From assembly GCA_963719035.1 (NCBI GenBank), contig CAVRAO010000002.1, positions 608,001 to 672,000 of the forward strand: DNA of 64,000 bases, given 5' to 3'. The stretch is from Methanobacteriota archaeon. GTDB lineage: Archaea > Halobacteriota > Bog-38 > Methanoflorentales > Methanoflorentaceae. Positions 21,095 through 32,723 of this stretch are shown piece by piece (the first letter of the stretch is position 1; each line of letters begins with the position of its first letter). The notes beneath the pieces are model-generated. The model searched no databases, was not told the origin of the DNA, and saw only the letters and a program-made list of their open reading frames with translations. The position numbers and the translations under genes are program-made.

Positions 21095-21598
21095 TCAGCC
21101 TCGCTCGTAGGCTCGTTCGCACGCAAGAAGGTCGGCGACGGTACTCGCTTGAGCGTACTCGTTGAGGGGGGCGGCGTTTAAGGCTAGAAACGTTGGGCCC
21201 CATTTAAACTTACCTAGCAGCTCCATTGCGCGTGGTGCCTGTCCGAGAATATAGAGCGCGGCCCCCAGGGCCTCTACCGTTGTGAGTTCGTACGGCCGCC
21301 CATAGTTGATAGGATTTGCCGCTATGAGGTAAGGGAGTCGCCGTCTACAACGGGCGCGAAGCGATTGGAAGACGTGCTCACGCTGTTTCCAAGAACAGTC
21401 AATAGCGACCAGCGTGTTCACCACATCCGCGCGACATAACGGGGTGCGTGGTGATGGATCGAGTAGCACTGTCTTCGCTCGTGTCAAAGGGCGTCGCGTC
21501 GAACAAAGATCAACTAAATGAAATTTGGCTAGCTTTTTCGCTGTGCACTTTTTTGGATTGCACTGCCCTGCGTGATAAACAAACAAACGCGTGTTCAT
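21095..21598 (-). CDS. tsr3: 16S rRNA aminocarboxypropyltransferase Tsr3 (DUF367)
   Basis: QCNPKKCTAKKL, DCSW, LPYLIAANPINYG, FKWGPTF. Confidence 0.93.
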   Translation of the reverse strand: MNTRLFVYHAGQCNPKKCTAKKLAKFHLVDLCSTRRPLTRAKTVLLDPSPRTPLCRADVVNTLVAIDCSWKQREHVFQSLRARCRRRLPYLIAANPINYGRPYELTTVEALGAALYILGQAPRAMELLGKFKWGPTFLALNAAPLNEYAQASTVADLLACERAYERG

Positions 21599-21608
21599 TT
21601 TAGCAAGA

Positions 21609-21977
21609 TTAATCTTGCGTCAAGATGAGAGTATCAAACTTGAACACACGCGAGAAGCCACACTCATCGCACACAACGTTCATCTTAATCTCATCGAGGC
21701 GAACGCTGTGCACAGCCTGCTCCCTACAGTGCACGCAGGCACTGTGCTTCTTGAAGCCCCACGTACCATATTTCAGGCTAATAGGGGGCATAGGCGGTGT
21801 ATCCGTTCCGTAAATCACGCTTCGCATTACGTAATGACGCTGAGCGCCACATGTCGAGCATGTGACGCACCCCGTGTCGTCCTCAATCCTCAAAACTTGC
21901 TTAGCTTTCGTCTGGCAGTGAAAACAAACGACGTCTTTTTCAAACCGCCATTCCATAGGTTTAGTTGTTACACGCAT
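21609..21977 (-). CDS. Hypothetical protein with two zinc-ribbon repeats
   Basis: Four CxxC pairs in two internally similar halves (W.F.K...C.HC ... V.C..CG..R). Confidence 0.7.
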   Translation of the reverse strand: MRVTTKPMEWRFEKDVVCFHCQTKAKQVLRIEDDTGCVTCSTCGAQRHYVMRSVIYGTDTPPMPPISLKYGTWGFKKHSACVHCREQAVHSVRLDEIKMNVVCDECGFSRVFKFDTLILTQD

Positions 21978-22131
21978 AGGCCCACCTGCGCTTATGTGTA
22001 TGCGGCCTAATATATCTTTTATTCGCGCTCAATTATATAAGAATATTTAAAAAAAATATATGTCCAAAAAGCCCTCAACACGAGCTCTTTGGACGGTTAC
22101 GGATGTTTTTTGACGGGGACGTGACACCGAA

Positions 22132-22434
22132 TTACAGCGTGCAAGATGATGCTACCTTATCGGCTGCGTCGCCTGCTGTGTTAATAGGAAACTCATCAGC
22201 CTTCATCTTGGAAATATACTCGTGAAGATCGATCTTCTGGCCTTTCATCGAACACTGCATAAACCGGCCCTTTGGAAACACGGTCATCAGCTGCTCGCGA
22301 CTCGTTATCGGAAACGGTACCTGGGCCTTCTTAAGCTCAAACACGATTTCTGCCTTGAAATTTTGAATTTCAGAGAGCGCAGGATCGATACCATAGTCTT
22401 CAAATACCGGATTCTTAGTGGGTTGTTCCGCCAT
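22132..22434 (-). CDS. MTH865-family protein
   Basis: FPITSREQLMTVFPKG...C...DEFPINTAGDAAD pattern. Confidence 0.7.
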   Translation of the reverse strand: MAEQPTKNPVFEDYGIDPALSEIQNFKAEIVFELKKAQVPFPITSREQLMTVFPKGRFMQCSMKGQKIDLHEYISKMKADEFPINTAGDAADKVASSCTL

Positions 22435-22657
22435 TATTATCGCCTCAACATAAAAGATACACTTTATCGATGTCTATACATCAACCGTTATAAGGTCACA
22501 CGATACCTACTTAATAGTTTTGGCAAAAAAAGCAGCTCAGCCCGAGATTCAACCTCTGTTCCGAAATTTTCTAAGTACAATCTGTAGTCTAGAGGCGTGA
22601 ATACGCTCTAAGGCGCTGGCGTGCATCGGGTCTTATTACCCCACCTTTCGTATCCAG

Positions 22658-23080
22658 TCAGTCAAATTCGCTGTAGATCTGTTCCATCAAACTCGGCAGG
22701 CCGTTCAAGACGTCGCCGTACGAGATGATGCCAAGGATCTCTTGCCCGTTGAAAACGGCAAGGTGACTCACCCCAGCTTTTCGAAACATCTTGGCAGCGT
22801 ACAGTATGGGCATTCCTGGGGACACAATAAAGAGCGGCTTGTTAGCTACCTCACCTACCGACACTTTACCTATGTCGACCTCATCGGCAAACAAATCAAC
22901 GACGTCCGTCTCAGTGATTATGCCGAACGGCTCGTCTTTTTCAAGCGGCGATACTATGAACGCGTCCATTCCTCTTTGAACCATGCGCTTTGCGGCATCG
23001 AGAAGAGTGGTGCTAGGATCAACGGTTGCCACTTCATTCGTCATCACGTCCCTGACTTTAAGTCGCTTCACACTACTCAC
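22658..23080 (-). CDS. CBS-domain pair protein
   Basis: KVRDVMT, GIITETD, GIISYGD. GTG at 23080 preferred over the longer ORF-track start. Confidence 0.88.
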   Translation of the reverse strand: MSSVKRLKVRDVMTNEVATVDPSTTLLDAAKRMVQRGMDAFIVSPLEKDEPFGIITETDVVDLFADEVDIGKVSVGEVANKPLFIVSPGMPILYAAKMFRKAGVSHLAVFNGQEILGIISYGDVLNGLPSLMEQIYSEFD

Positions 23081-23488
23081 CGGTGTGTTGTTACGCAAAC
23101 TCTGTACATAAAAGCTCGGGTGTGAGTTAGCGGCACATACGATGGAACCAAAAGTGTGTTTATCTCGTCTCAAACGACCAACGAACTGTGTGAGGGTAGC
23201 AATATTCCTCCATAAAATATATCGTGTTGCGAGTCAATTTAACATAATTAATCATCTAAGTAGTGTAACATCTTGGTGACACAACGTGGATAACGATGTT
23301 ATGCAGTTAGTCAATAAACTCAAGACTGGGGCAGTCGATAGGTGTAGAGAGCGCGTTTTGCGCGCGGCTGAAAAAACGAAATACGGCGAACAAAAGCAGA
23401 ACGTGGTAAAACGTCCGCCACCAGGCGGAATAGCAGCACACTTAAAAGAGCGCCGCGGGCTTTAGTACAAAACCGTCGGAAGTAGAGA

Positions 23489-23812
23489 ATGCCTGGAGAA
23501 GAACCTTCTGTTTTACAGCAAATAAGGAAAAAAGAGGTCGAATTAAGCGTCAGAGCAGATCAGGCCAGAAGAGATGGTGAACAGATCGTCGCAGATGCTA
23601 AAAGAGAGGCCGCCGACATTTTGAAAAATGCGGAAGTTGACGGAAGAAGCACCGCAGAAAGGTGGCATAAAGAACAGTTAGCGAGCGTCCTTGAAGAAGT
23701 CGACAAACTACACAGATCCGGTGAGGATGAGGTAAAAACTGCAAGACTGAAAGGAGAACAAAATTTGCCGAAGGCTATCGACAAAATTGTAAACGTCGTG
23801 ATTTCAGGTTAG
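23489..23812 (+). CDS. atpH: A/V-type ATPase subunit H (G), operon 1
   Basis: 107-aa coiled coil, first gene of the operon, directly before atpI. Confidence 0.8.
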   Translation: MPGEEPSVLQQIRKKEVELSVRADQARRDGEQIVADAKREAADILKNAEVDGRSTAERWHKEQLASVLEEVDKLHRSGEDEVKTARLKGEQNLPKAIDKIVNVVISG

Positions 23813-23818
23813 ATCCCT

Positions 23819-25739
23819 ATGCTTCAGAAGATGGCCAAAATCCAAGTCATTGGACCAAAACATGACTTACATAGCGCAGTTGACTTTCTATACAACTTAG
23901 GATCGGTTCATTTAGAGGACGCGACAAAGACGATCTCTCCGGGCGATACAATGTTGCGGCGCTCACAGCAAGGGCCAAGAGCTGACGTCGCGAGCGTATT
24001 AATCAGGGTTAACGGCATGTACAATTTGCTGCCCGAACAGCCTGTGAACGAACAGGTGAAGGCTCAGATCTATAGCGACCTTCGGTGGAAAAATGACGAA
24101 GAACTTGTAGAGGAGGCAAGTCGCGTCATAGGCGAGCTTGAGGCAACGACGAAAGAGCTTGCAACGCGAAAAGGCGACATTGAATTTACCCTCACCAATT
24201 TGAATCATTATGAACAAGTTATTGAGAAACTGCAGCCCTTAGAAAGTCAAATCCCAATCTTAGAGGGGTTTGAGGTCACTGTAATTCTTATAAGCAGACA
24301 GTATAAGGACGTCTTGGACATTATCCGGTCAGCACTCGTTGAGATTACGCACAACCAGTTTGAGCTCATGTCCGCGGACATCGACGATGCCACAACGGCT
24401 GCGGTGACCGTGTTCAACAAGAACTATTCCGACCAAGTGCATTCCTTTATTTGGTCTCAAAACGTCAATGAAGTCCGGCTACCATCTGAATTCTTAGGTA
24501 AGCCGTTCGACGAGGTCCTGACGTTAGTAGAGCAACAAAGAAAGCAGCTTACGACCGAGATGGGTACCATAAATGACGATTTGACAGAACTGTCGAAGCA
24601 ATGGCATCCAGAACTTGCGGTGCTCAAAGAAGTGCTTGAGGACCGAAACGAAGAGCTTAGTGTTTTCTCTAAATTTGGTGAGACTGATTATACTTTTGTC
24701 ATAACGGGTTGGGTGCCGAAAAAGCAACTTAAGAAGACACGAGATGCTTTGAAAGAGGCGTTTGAAGGAAAAGTCATTGTGAACGACCTCACAGTAACCC
24801 GAGAGGAACAAGATACCGCGCCCTCGTTCTACGATAATCCGCGACTTGTCAAGCCCTTTGAGTTTCTGAGCGGGTTGATGAGCGCGCCACGATACGGGGA
24901 GATTGATCCAACGCCACTACTCGCAGTGGTTTTCCCATTTTTCTTCGGTCTCATGGTCGGCGATATCGGCTACGGCTTATGCATATTAGCTATAGCGCTG
25001 GTCGTCAAGAAGTTATATAGCCGAAATAACGCCCTTACAGCAACTTGCGAACATAATGATCATCTGCTCATTCCCCACCATTTTCTTTGGCTATCTTTAT
25101 GGTGAGTTTTTTGGAAATTTCGGGCAAATGATGGGCTGGATAGAGCCAGTCACCATAAATGGGATGACACTCGATAGAATTGAGATCATAGTGCCGATGC
25201 TCATCTTCACCATTGCCATTGGAGTTTTTCACATATTGTTTGGTCTCAGCTTAGGCCTGGTAAACGCCGTAACGAGAAAGAATAAAAAACACACCTGTGA
25301 AAAAGTCGGCATGATACTTGCGATAACTAGCCTAATAGTCATCATTCTCGCCGTTATTGAAGTTATTCCCGCTATACTCGTCACGCCAGGCATAGTTATG
25401 CTTATAGTCGGACTTCCGTTGATTATGTATGGTGGCGGGATAGTAGCAGCTGTCGACCTTATGAGTTCAGTTGGGAACATCCTATCGTACGCGCGGCTGA
25501 TGGCGATCGGTATGGCCTCCGTCGTCTTAGCGCTCGTCGCAAATACAATGGGAAGCTCAATGGGAATTTTGGCGGTGGGAATTTTGATCGCAGCGGTGCT
25601 ACATATAGTAAACATCATTTTGTGCATGTTTAGCCCCTTCATACACTCGTTTAGATTACATATTGTAGAGTTTTACGGCAAATTTTATGAGGGTGGGGGG
25701 AGACAGTACGATCCATTTAAACGCAGGGCGGCAAAATGA
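23819..25739 (+). CDS. atpI: A/V-type ATPase subunit I (a), operon 1, split by a +1 frameshift near 25020
   Basis: GWVP, EIDPT, FFFGLMVGDIGYG in the first ORF. YGEFFG, NILSYARL, RLHIVEF in the second. The 1921-bp span equals 640 codons + 1. Confidence 0.92.
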
Positions 25740-25963
25740 GAGTCCACGCGTAGTTGGTAGAGCCGGAAATGCTTGTGCTGATTTGATAAGAAAGGCCTCA
25801 AAAATTTCTCATGATGATACCTCTTGCGATTAAGAAAACATCTGAACGCCAACGGATGAAAATCGTAATTGTTATGACTATATATCGCTGAGATGACAAA
25901 ACGTGAGTCATTACGGTGTCTAAAACAAGAGCTGTAAAAGCAACCTAAGGAGTTGATAAGAAA

Positions 25964-26182
25964 ATGGTAGAACCGATGATACCGATTGGTGCTGCAATAG
26001 CGTTTGGGCTAGGTGCAATCGGAACCGGGATCGCACAGTCGAAAATTGGCGCAGCGGGAGCAGGAGTGATTGCAGAAAAACCAGAGCTATTCGGTTTAGC
26101 GCTCGTTTTTTTAGCGCTTCCAGAAACGTTAGTCATTTTAGGTTTTGTCGTCGCAGCGATTATGCTTTTCGTTCTAGTCTAA
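25964..26182 (+). CDS. atpK: A/V-type ATPase proteolipid subunit K (c), operon 1
   Basis: Single hairpin GIAQSKIGAAG...LPETLVILG with the conserved Glu. Confidence 0.93.
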   Translation: MVEPMIPIGAAIAFGLGAIGTGIAQSKIGAAGAGVIAEKPELFGLALVFLALPETLVILGFVVAAIMLFVLV

Positions 26183-26325
26183 CATATGAACGTTGGGAAC
26201 TTCAAGTGCTCGCGCGGGATATACTCGTCTGACAACCATATTTCCAAACAGTCTCAAACCATTGTTGCAGGCGCTAATCCCTCTCTTCTAAAAACGTTGC
26301 TGAATAAAGAAAAAGCAGAAAAAAG

Positions 26326-26931
26326 GTGCTGATGCAAATGATGTCAGAGCAGTTGACTGACTTGCTGGGGGCGATGGAGGAGAGCACTGAGGAACGAATT
26401 AGCGGGATTATTAAGCAAGCTCATCAAGACGCCGAAGAAATAAAAAGAACTGCTGAAGAAAAGGCAGAGATGATCAAAAAGTCGTACCTCGACGGAGCAG
26501 AGAAATCCTTCGAGTCAGAACAGAACAAACTGATTTACAACGCCAAGTCCGAGATTAAAATGGACGTGATCAAAGCAAAGGATGGGATGATACAAAGCGC
26601 GTTTGTCGAAGCCAAAAAAAATCTAGACGATCTTAGGGATCGCGAAAGCTACAAAGGACGTTTTAAGAGCATGATCCAAGAAGCGATGCACGAACTAGGC
26701 GGGGAGAAGGCGCGGCTTCATATCGACATGAGGGATGAAAACCTCTGCAAGCAAATCTTAGATGAGCTGAATGAGAATTCAGAGATCGTCGTCGATTTAA
26801 CGTCTGCAGGAGGGTTAAACGTCAGCACCAGAGACGAAAAAGTTGTTGTATTCAATACAATTGAGTCGAGACTCGACAGAGCTAAAGAATTCCTAGGACG
26901 ACAGATTTTTGCCACTCTTTACGGTGATTAG
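26326..26931 (+). CDS. atpE: A/V-type ATPase subunit E, operon 1
   Basis: Coiled coil plus AGG...FNTIESRL. Operon position. Confidence 0.9.
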   Translation: MLMQMMSEQLTDLLGAMEESTEERISGIIKQAHQDAEEIKRTAEEKAEMIKKSYLDGAEKSFESEQNKLIYNAKSEIKMDVIKAKDGMIQSAFVEAKKNLDDLRDRESYKGRFKSMIQEAMHELGGEKARLHIDMRDENLCKQILDELNENSEIVVDLTSAGGLNVSTRDEKVVVFNTIESRLDRAKEFLGRQIFATLYGD

Positions 26932-26932
26932 A

Positions 26933-27982
26933 GTGGAGTACGATTACGCGAATGCGCGAATCAGGGCTATGAAAAGTCGCCTGCTTGATCGGAAAGAACT
27001 CGAGGAGCTAGCCGGCAAGTTGGACATTGAGTCTGTGATCAACCAATTGGAGGAAACGCCGTATCGGGGGGACATAGAGGACGCTAGTGTACAACATACA
27101 GGTATAGCTTGTGTCGAAGATGCGCTTCGACGGAGTTTAAGTAATACCTTTCGATTAATTCTGAGTTTTGTAAAGGGAGAAGACGCACAGACCCTTATGC
27201 AGATATTCCTCAACAAGTGGGATATCCAAAATATAAAAACGATCTTGAGGGGAAAAAACATCAACGAGCCGGCAAACGAGATATTAGAGAGTTTAGCACC
27301 GGCAGGCGCACTTGACGACGCGACGCTCGTTGCGCTAACCAAGCAACCAGACGTTAAGGCCGTAATCGATTTACTTGCAACCTGGGGGATCGAGTATTCA
27401 CGCCCCCTAACGCAGCATTTTGCGGAATACAGCGAAAGAAAAGATCTCGTTGTTTTAGAGTATGCGTTAGATAAGTTTTATTACGACAACGCTTTGGGCG
27501 TCGTGGCGGGTGAATCGTACGACGCAGGGATCATTCGCGGAATGCTTACGACAGAAATAGACGTAATAAACATAAAGAGTGTTTTGCGGATCATAAGAGA
27601 CAAAGTCGAAACGGAAGATGTCCAATACTACTTCATTCGCGGTGGAAAAGAGTTAGGTATCAACAAGCTGTCGGCCTTAAGCGCAACGCGAACGATTGAC
27701 GGAGTTATTAAACAATTAACCGGCACTTCGTATGATTTTCTCGCTATTGTTCCCGACGAGTACGTCAAAATGGAGAAGATCTCGGCATTTGAAAAAGAGC
27801 TCGACACGTTTCTCTTGCACAAAGCTCTGGGCCTGTTCACTGGAGATCCGTTAAGCATCGCCTTGGCCATCGGCTATCTGTGGGCTAAGGTAAACGAGAT
27901 CGCAAATATCCGGATAATAGCCTTATGCAAGACAGAGTATGTGCCAGAACGGGAATTGATGGAGGAAATAGTGTTTGTATAA
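26933..27982 (+). CDS. atpC: A/V-type ATPase subunit C (d), operon 1
   Basis: YANARIRAMKSRLL, WDIQNIKTILRGK, EIANIRII. Confidence 0.92.
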   Translation: MEYDYANARIRAMKSRLLDRKELEELAGKLDIESVINQLEETPYRGDIEDASVQHTGIACVEDALRRSLSNTFRLILSFVKGEDAQTLMQIFLNKWDIQNIKTILRGKNINEPANEILESLAPAGALDDATLVALTKQPDVKAVIDLLATWGIEYSRPLTQHFAEYSERKDLVVLEYALDKFYYDNALGVVAGESYDAGIIRGMLTTEIDVINIKSVLRIIRDKVETEDVQYYFIRGGKELGINKLSALSATRTIDGVIKQLTGTSYDFLAIVPDEYVKMEKISAFEKELDTFLLHKALGLFTGDPLSIALAIGYLWAKVNEIANIRIIALCKTEYVPERELMEEIVFV

Positions 27983-28295
27983 ATTTGTAGTCATTACCGA
28001 TCCTGAAACTGCACCGGGATTTCGACTCGCTGGAGTGGAGGTGCTCGAGGCTTCCACCGTGGAAGAGGCGAAGAGCCTAATTCCGCCCTTGTTATACAAG
28101 GATGATACCGGCATTGTCGCGGTGAACGAGGATTTTATGGCTTCACTCGATGAAAAACTCATTGAGAAAATCGAAAAGACGCACAGGCCGATAATTATTC
28201 CCATACCGTCGAGAACGCGACAAATTGATCGCACCGACTACATAGAAAGGATGTTGCGCAGGGCGATTGGCTACAATATCGTTGTAAGGAGATAG
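27975..28295 (+). CDS. atpF: A/V-type ATPase subunit F, operon 1
   Basis: VITDPETAPGFRLAG...RRAIGY. Confidence 0.92.
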   Translation: MYKFVVITDPETAPGFRLAGVEVLEASTVEEAKSLIPPLLYKDDTGIVAVNEDFMASLDEKLIEKIEKTHRPIIIPIPSRTRQIDRTDYIERMLRRAIGYNIVVRR

Positions 28296-28298
28296 GAT

Positions 28299-30038
28299 AT
28301 GCTACAGGGATTCATCTCACGGATTTCGGGTCCGGTCGTTTACGCTCACGAAATGCGCGGGTCAAGATTGTATGATGTCGTGCGAGTCGGCCACGAGCAG
28401 CTCAACGGCGAGATAATACGACTGGACGCAGATGAGGCCGTCATCCAAGTCTACGAAGATACGTCAGGACTGCAGGTCGGAGAGGAAGTCGTAAATACCG
28501 AGAGCCCGCTGAGCGTCGAATTGGGTCCTGGCATAATATCGTCAATCTATGATGGCATTCAGAGACCCCTCCCAATCTTGATGGAAAAAAGTGGAGATTT
28601 CATTTCGCGGGGCATAACAGCGCCCGGGCTTGACCGAGATCGAAAGTGGGAGTTCACCCCCTCCGTGAAGCAAGGCGATACAGTGGTAGCAGGAGATGTT
28701 GTAGGAACGGTGCACGAGTACCATATTGAACACAAGATCATGGTTCCTCCAAATGTATCAGGTACGGTAACTAAAATAGCAGGAGGAGACTTCACGGTAG
28801 AGGATACCGTGTGCGTCTTGGATCACAAGACCAACGTTACAATGACGCAGAAATGGCCAGTGCGAGTTGGCAGGCCGTACGCAAAAAAGCTTGATGCCAC
28901 GTCGCCGCTGCTTACTGGACAGCGCGTTTTTGATAGCATATTTCCGGTGACAAAAGGCGGCACTGCCATGATTCCCGGTGGATTTGGCACCGGAAAGACC
29001 GTCTCAGAACAAACGCTCGCGAAGTGGGCTGATACACAGATTGTGGTGTATATCGGCTGTGGAGAGCGAGGTAATGAGATGACTGACGTGCTGACCGAAT
29101 TCCCTGCGTTGGTTGACCCTCGTACGAAGCGACCATTGATCCAAAGGACCATCATGATAGCAAACACCTCGAACATGCCAGTTGCGGCTAGGGAAGCCTC
29201 TATTTACACAGGGATCACCATGGCTGAATACTACCGGGATATGGGGTACGACGTCGCTTTGATGGCAGACTCGACGTCGCGATGGGGAGAAGCGCTCCGA
29301 GAGGTTTCGGGGAGACTGGAAGAGATGCCTGGAGAAGAGGGCTATCCGGCCTATCTGGCAACACGATTGGCGGCCTTTTACGAGCGTGCCGGCAAGGTTA
29401 TTTGTCTGGGTGCAGACGGGCGCACTGGATCAATCACAGTCGTTGGCGCGGTTTCGCCGCCCGGCGGCGATTTCTCAGAGCCGATAACGCAAAATACGCT
29501 ACGCATAGCTGGAGCATTCTGGGCTCTAGACACGAGCTTAGCGTACAGAAGACATTTTCCTGCAGTCAACTGGATAAACAGCTACTCGCTGTATCTAGAC
29601 GACGTCCAGGCGTCTTTTGTTGACAGCATCGCGCACGATTGGAGAGAGCTACGCGACAAGACCATGTTTCTCTTGCAAAAGGAGGTCGAATTGCAGGAGA
29701 TCGTTCAGCTAGTAGGTCCCGATGCGTTGCCAGACACTGAAAAGGCGATCTTAGAAGTAACGAGAATGATACGTGAGGACTTCTTGCAGCAAAGCGCGTT
29801 TGACGAGATTGACTCTTTTTGCCCTCTTGAAAAGCAGTACTGGATGTTGAAAGCAATCCTCGCCTTCCACGATGCAATGACCGAGGCGTTAGGGAAGGGG
29901 ATCTCGCTGCAACAGGTACTGGACTTACCGGTAAAAACAGCTATTGCGCGCATGAAGGAACAGGAAGAGCTCGACACCATAAAGGGCCTTATGGACGTAA
30001 TAGACGACAGTGTGGGGTCTCTGGAGGCAGCAACGTGA
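28299..30038 (+). CDS. atpA: A/V-type ATPase catalytic subunit A, operon 1
   Basis: Walker [39 protein letters not shown]. Confidence 0.97.
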   Translation: MLQGFISRISGPVVYAHEMRGSRLYDVVRVGHEQLNGEIIRLDADEAVIQVYEDTSGLQVGEEVVNTESPLSVELGPGIISSIYDGIQRPLPILMEKSGDFISRGITAPGLDRDRKWEFTPSVKQGDTVVAGDVVGTVHEYHIEHKIMVPPNVSGTVTKIAGGDFTVEDTVCVLDHKTNVTMTQKWPVRVGRPYAKKLDATSPLLTGQRVFDSIFPVTKGGTAMIPGGFGTGKTVSEQTLAKWADTQIVVYIGCGERGNEMTDVLTEFPALVDPRTKRPLIQRTIMIANTSNMPVAAREASIYTGITMAEYYRDMGYDVALMADSTSRWGEALREVSGRLEEMPGEEGYPAYLATRLAAFYERAGKVICLGADGRTGSITVVGAVSPPGGDFSEPITQNTLRIAGAFWALDTSLAYRRHFPAVNWINSYSLYLDDVQASFVDSIAHDWRELRDKTMFLLQKEVELQEIVQLVGPDALPDTEKAILEVTRMIREDFLQQSAFDEIDSFCPLEKQYWMLKAILAFHDAMTEALGKGISLQQVLDLPVKTAIARMKEQEELDTIKGLMDVIDDSVGSLEAAT

Positions 30039-31432
30039 CGTCCCACAGTTTACTCACGAAAGAGTATAGGACAATTAGCTACGTTTCTGGGCCGCTAATA
30101 TTCACCGAGAACGTGAAGGGCGTTTCTTTCGGAGAAACTGCCAAGATTACCCTTCCCAATGGAGAAGAGCGGACCGGTCAAGTTTTGGACGTTTCTCAGG
30201 AGCTCGCTGTCGTACAAGTGTTCGAAGGTACGAGTGGGATTGACGATCTACAAACACGCGTCAGGTTTACAGGGGAGCCGCCAAAAGTAAACGTCTCACT
30301 TGACATGCTTGGCCGGATCTTCGACGGCGTCGGCAATCCCCGAGACGGTGGACCACCAATCGTTTCAGAAGAGAGCGTGGATATCGCAGGAACGCCAATA
30401 AATCCGTACGCCAGAGACAAACCGGCCGACTTCATCCAAACTGGCATGTCGGCTATCGATGGCTTGAACACGCTCGTTCGGGGGCAGAAACTCCCCATAT
30501 TCTCGGGCTCCGGTTTGCCAGCAAACCGACTCGCAGCTCAGATAGCCAGACAGGCTAAAGTGTTGGGCGAGGGCGAGAACTTCGCCGTCATTTTTGCGGC
30601 GATGGGAATTACGTACAAAGATGCGTCATTCTTTATGAGGGATTTTGAGCGTACTGGTGCACTGGAGCGCGTCGTATTCTTCATGAATTTGGCAGATGAC
30701 CCTACTATTGAGCGTGTTGCCACGCCAAGATGTGCTTTGTCTGTTGCAGAGTACCTCGCCTACACGCATGACTTGCACGTGCTCGTTATCCTCACCGACA
30801 TGACGAATTATTGCGAAGCGTTGAGAGAGATTTCCACGGCGCGCGAGGAGGTGCCGGGCCGCCGCGGCTACCCGGGATATATGTACACGGACCTTGCGTC
30901 TATCTACGAACGAGCCGGACGGATCAAAGGAAAAAGAGGGTCCATCACGCAAATCCCGATTCTAACCATGCCCGACGACGATATTACGCATCCTGTGCCC
31001 GACTTGACTGGCTATATTACTGAAGGACAGATCGTGTTGAGCCGAGACCTGTACCGAAGAGGAGTAGACCCCCCAATTGACGCGCTTCCCTGTCTGTCTC
31101 GACTGATGAACTTGGGGATCGGACCAGAAAAAACCAGAGAAGATCATCGTAATGTGGCGGACCAGCTCTACGCATCGTACGCTTACGGGAGGGACTTGAG
31201 ACGATTGGTTGCGATTGTAGGCGAAGAGGCGCTGACTGAACTCGATAAGAAGTATCTACAGTTTGCAGATGAGTTTGAGCGACGATTCATATCGCAAGGA
31301 GATGAAGATAGAGGCATTGAAACGACGTTCGGAATAGGCTGGGATATCCTCTCGATGCTCCCCGAGGAGGAGCTAAAAAGGATAAAGCTAGATTATATTC
31401 AAAAATATCATCCAGTTCACAAGGAGAGCTGA
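30035..31432 (+). CDS. atpB: A/V-type ATPase subunit B, operon 1
   Basis: [39 protein letters not shown]. Confidence 0.97.
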   Translation: MTSHSLLTKEYRTISYVSGPLIFTENVKGVSFGETAKITLPNGEERTGQVLDVSQELAVVQVFEGTSGIDDLQTRVRFTGEPPKVNVSLDMLGRIFDGVGNPRDGGPPIVSEESVDIAGTPINPYARDKPADFIQTGMSAIDGLNTLVRGQKLPIFSGSGLPANRLAAQIARQAKVLGEGENFAVIFAAMGITYKDASFFMRDFERTGALERVVFFMNLADDPTIERVATPRCALSVAEYLAYTHDLHVLVILTDMTNYCEALREISTAREEVPGRRGYPGYMYTDLASIYERAGRIKGKRGSITQIPILTMPDDDITHPVPDLTGYITEGQIVLSRDLYRRGVDPPIDALPCLSRLMNLGIGPEKTREDHRNVADQLYASYAYGRDLRRLVAIVGEEALTELDKKYLQFADEFERRFISQGDEDRGIETTFGIGWDILSMLPEEELKRIKLDYIQKYHPVHKES

Positions 31433-31433
31433 C

Positions 31434-32105
31434 GTGGAACAAGTTCACCCCACTCGAATGGAGCTGATCAAAAAAAATGCCCAGATAAAACTGGCTGAGC
31501 AAGGACGGGATCTCCTACGCGAAAAAATGGACGCCCTTATTCAAGAATTTTTTCAGATTATGGTATCAGTCTCCAAATCGCGAGAAGAACTGGACATCGC
31601 AGCCGTCGCTGCTCAACGCTCTTTGTGCGTCGCTGAAGCAGTTGACGATCTTGTAGCCCTAAAATCCGCTTCTTTTGCCACGAAACGAGCCCTAACGCTT
31701 GACATTCGGGGAAAAAATATAATGGGGGTTCCCGTTCCACTCGTTGAGCGAAAAACCGTCTCAAAAAGTGTCCTCGAACGGGGGTACAGTATGATAGGAA
31801 CGAGCGGGCGAATCGACGAAGCGGCCGAGAGGTACGAGACGGAATTGGATCTGATCATCGGACTAGCAGAAACTGAAACATCGTTGCGACGGCTCGGCGA
31901 CGAAATTCAGATGAACAGAAGGCGAGTTAATGCCCTCGAACAAGTGCTCATACCTGAGTTAAAACGCCAAGCCAAATATATCAAGATAGCCATCGAAGAG
32001 AGGGAGAGAGAGGATCTATTTCGGTTAAAAAAAGTCAAAAAGCTCCTCGAACGACGGAAAGCTGCAAAGAAAAAACTGTCAACCGCTTCTATTGGCGCAG
32101 TGTAA
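31434..32105 (+). CDS. atpD: A/V-type ATPase subunit D, operon 1
   Basis: PTRMEL, NIMGVPVP, RRVNALE. Confidence 0.95.
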   Translation: MEQVHPTRMELIKKNAQIKLAEQGRDLLREKMDALIQEFFQIMVSVSKSREELDIAAVAAQRSLCVAEAVDDLVALKSASFATKRALTLDIRGKNIMGVPVPLVERKTVSKSVLERGYSMIGTSGRIDEAAERYETELDLIIGLAETETSLRRLGDEIQMNRRRVNALEQVLIPELKRQAKYIKIAIEEREREDLFRLKKVKKLLERRKAAKKKLSTASIGAV

Positions 32106-32176
32106 GCTCTGCAACCTAACCCGCGATGACTAGTCAAAAACGACGGATTGCTCCTTCTAAGGGCCAGTCTAACCGG

Positions 32177-32506
32177 TTATCCCTTAGTTATCATAGCAGC
32201 ACAAACTTCATCAACCGCTATTTTCTCTGGTTTTTCCTTCCTACTCACTTGATGTGCGATGTCTATGATTGCCTGTAAATCTTTCATGGTCAGCTTTGAA
32301 AAAGAGATACTGTCCCATTCGCTCCGTTTGATGCACACCCACACCTCACCAAGGATTTGCTTGAGCACGTCGATGTCTGCTGAAGTGAATGACTTCCACT
32401 CTGCCGGCATTGTTCGCCGAATTTTTTCGAGCGCAACTTCTACGGCTTTTTCCCTGTGGATTTGAAACAGCCGTCTTCCAACTTCCTCGTCTCTGGCTTC
32501 AGGCAT
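32177..32506 (-). CDS. Hypothetical protein between the two ATPase operons
   Basis: 109-aa helical ORF with ATG start and plausible composition. No family recognised. Confidence 0.65.
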   Translation of the reverse strand: MPEARDEEVGRRLFQIHREKAVEVALEKIRRTMPAEWKSFTSADIDVLKQILGEVWVCIKRSEWDSISFSKLTMKDLQAIIDIAHQVSRKEKPEKIAVDEVCAAMITKG

Positions 32507-32723
32507 AAAACTACCCCAATCCTATTCTCGTTACGTTTAGATATCTTTTTTGGAAATAAATTCACTATATCTGACTATTAAACCTTACAAATGCTGCGAT
32601 TTCGCTAAGAGTGGGTCATCACTTTTTTTCAGGCCACTGTGAACAGTCTCGCCCATACGGCCGGGCAATAAGCGCTGTGAGCCGTAAGCCTTTTGAGTAT
32701 TGGTTCGCCAAATAAGACTTTTG

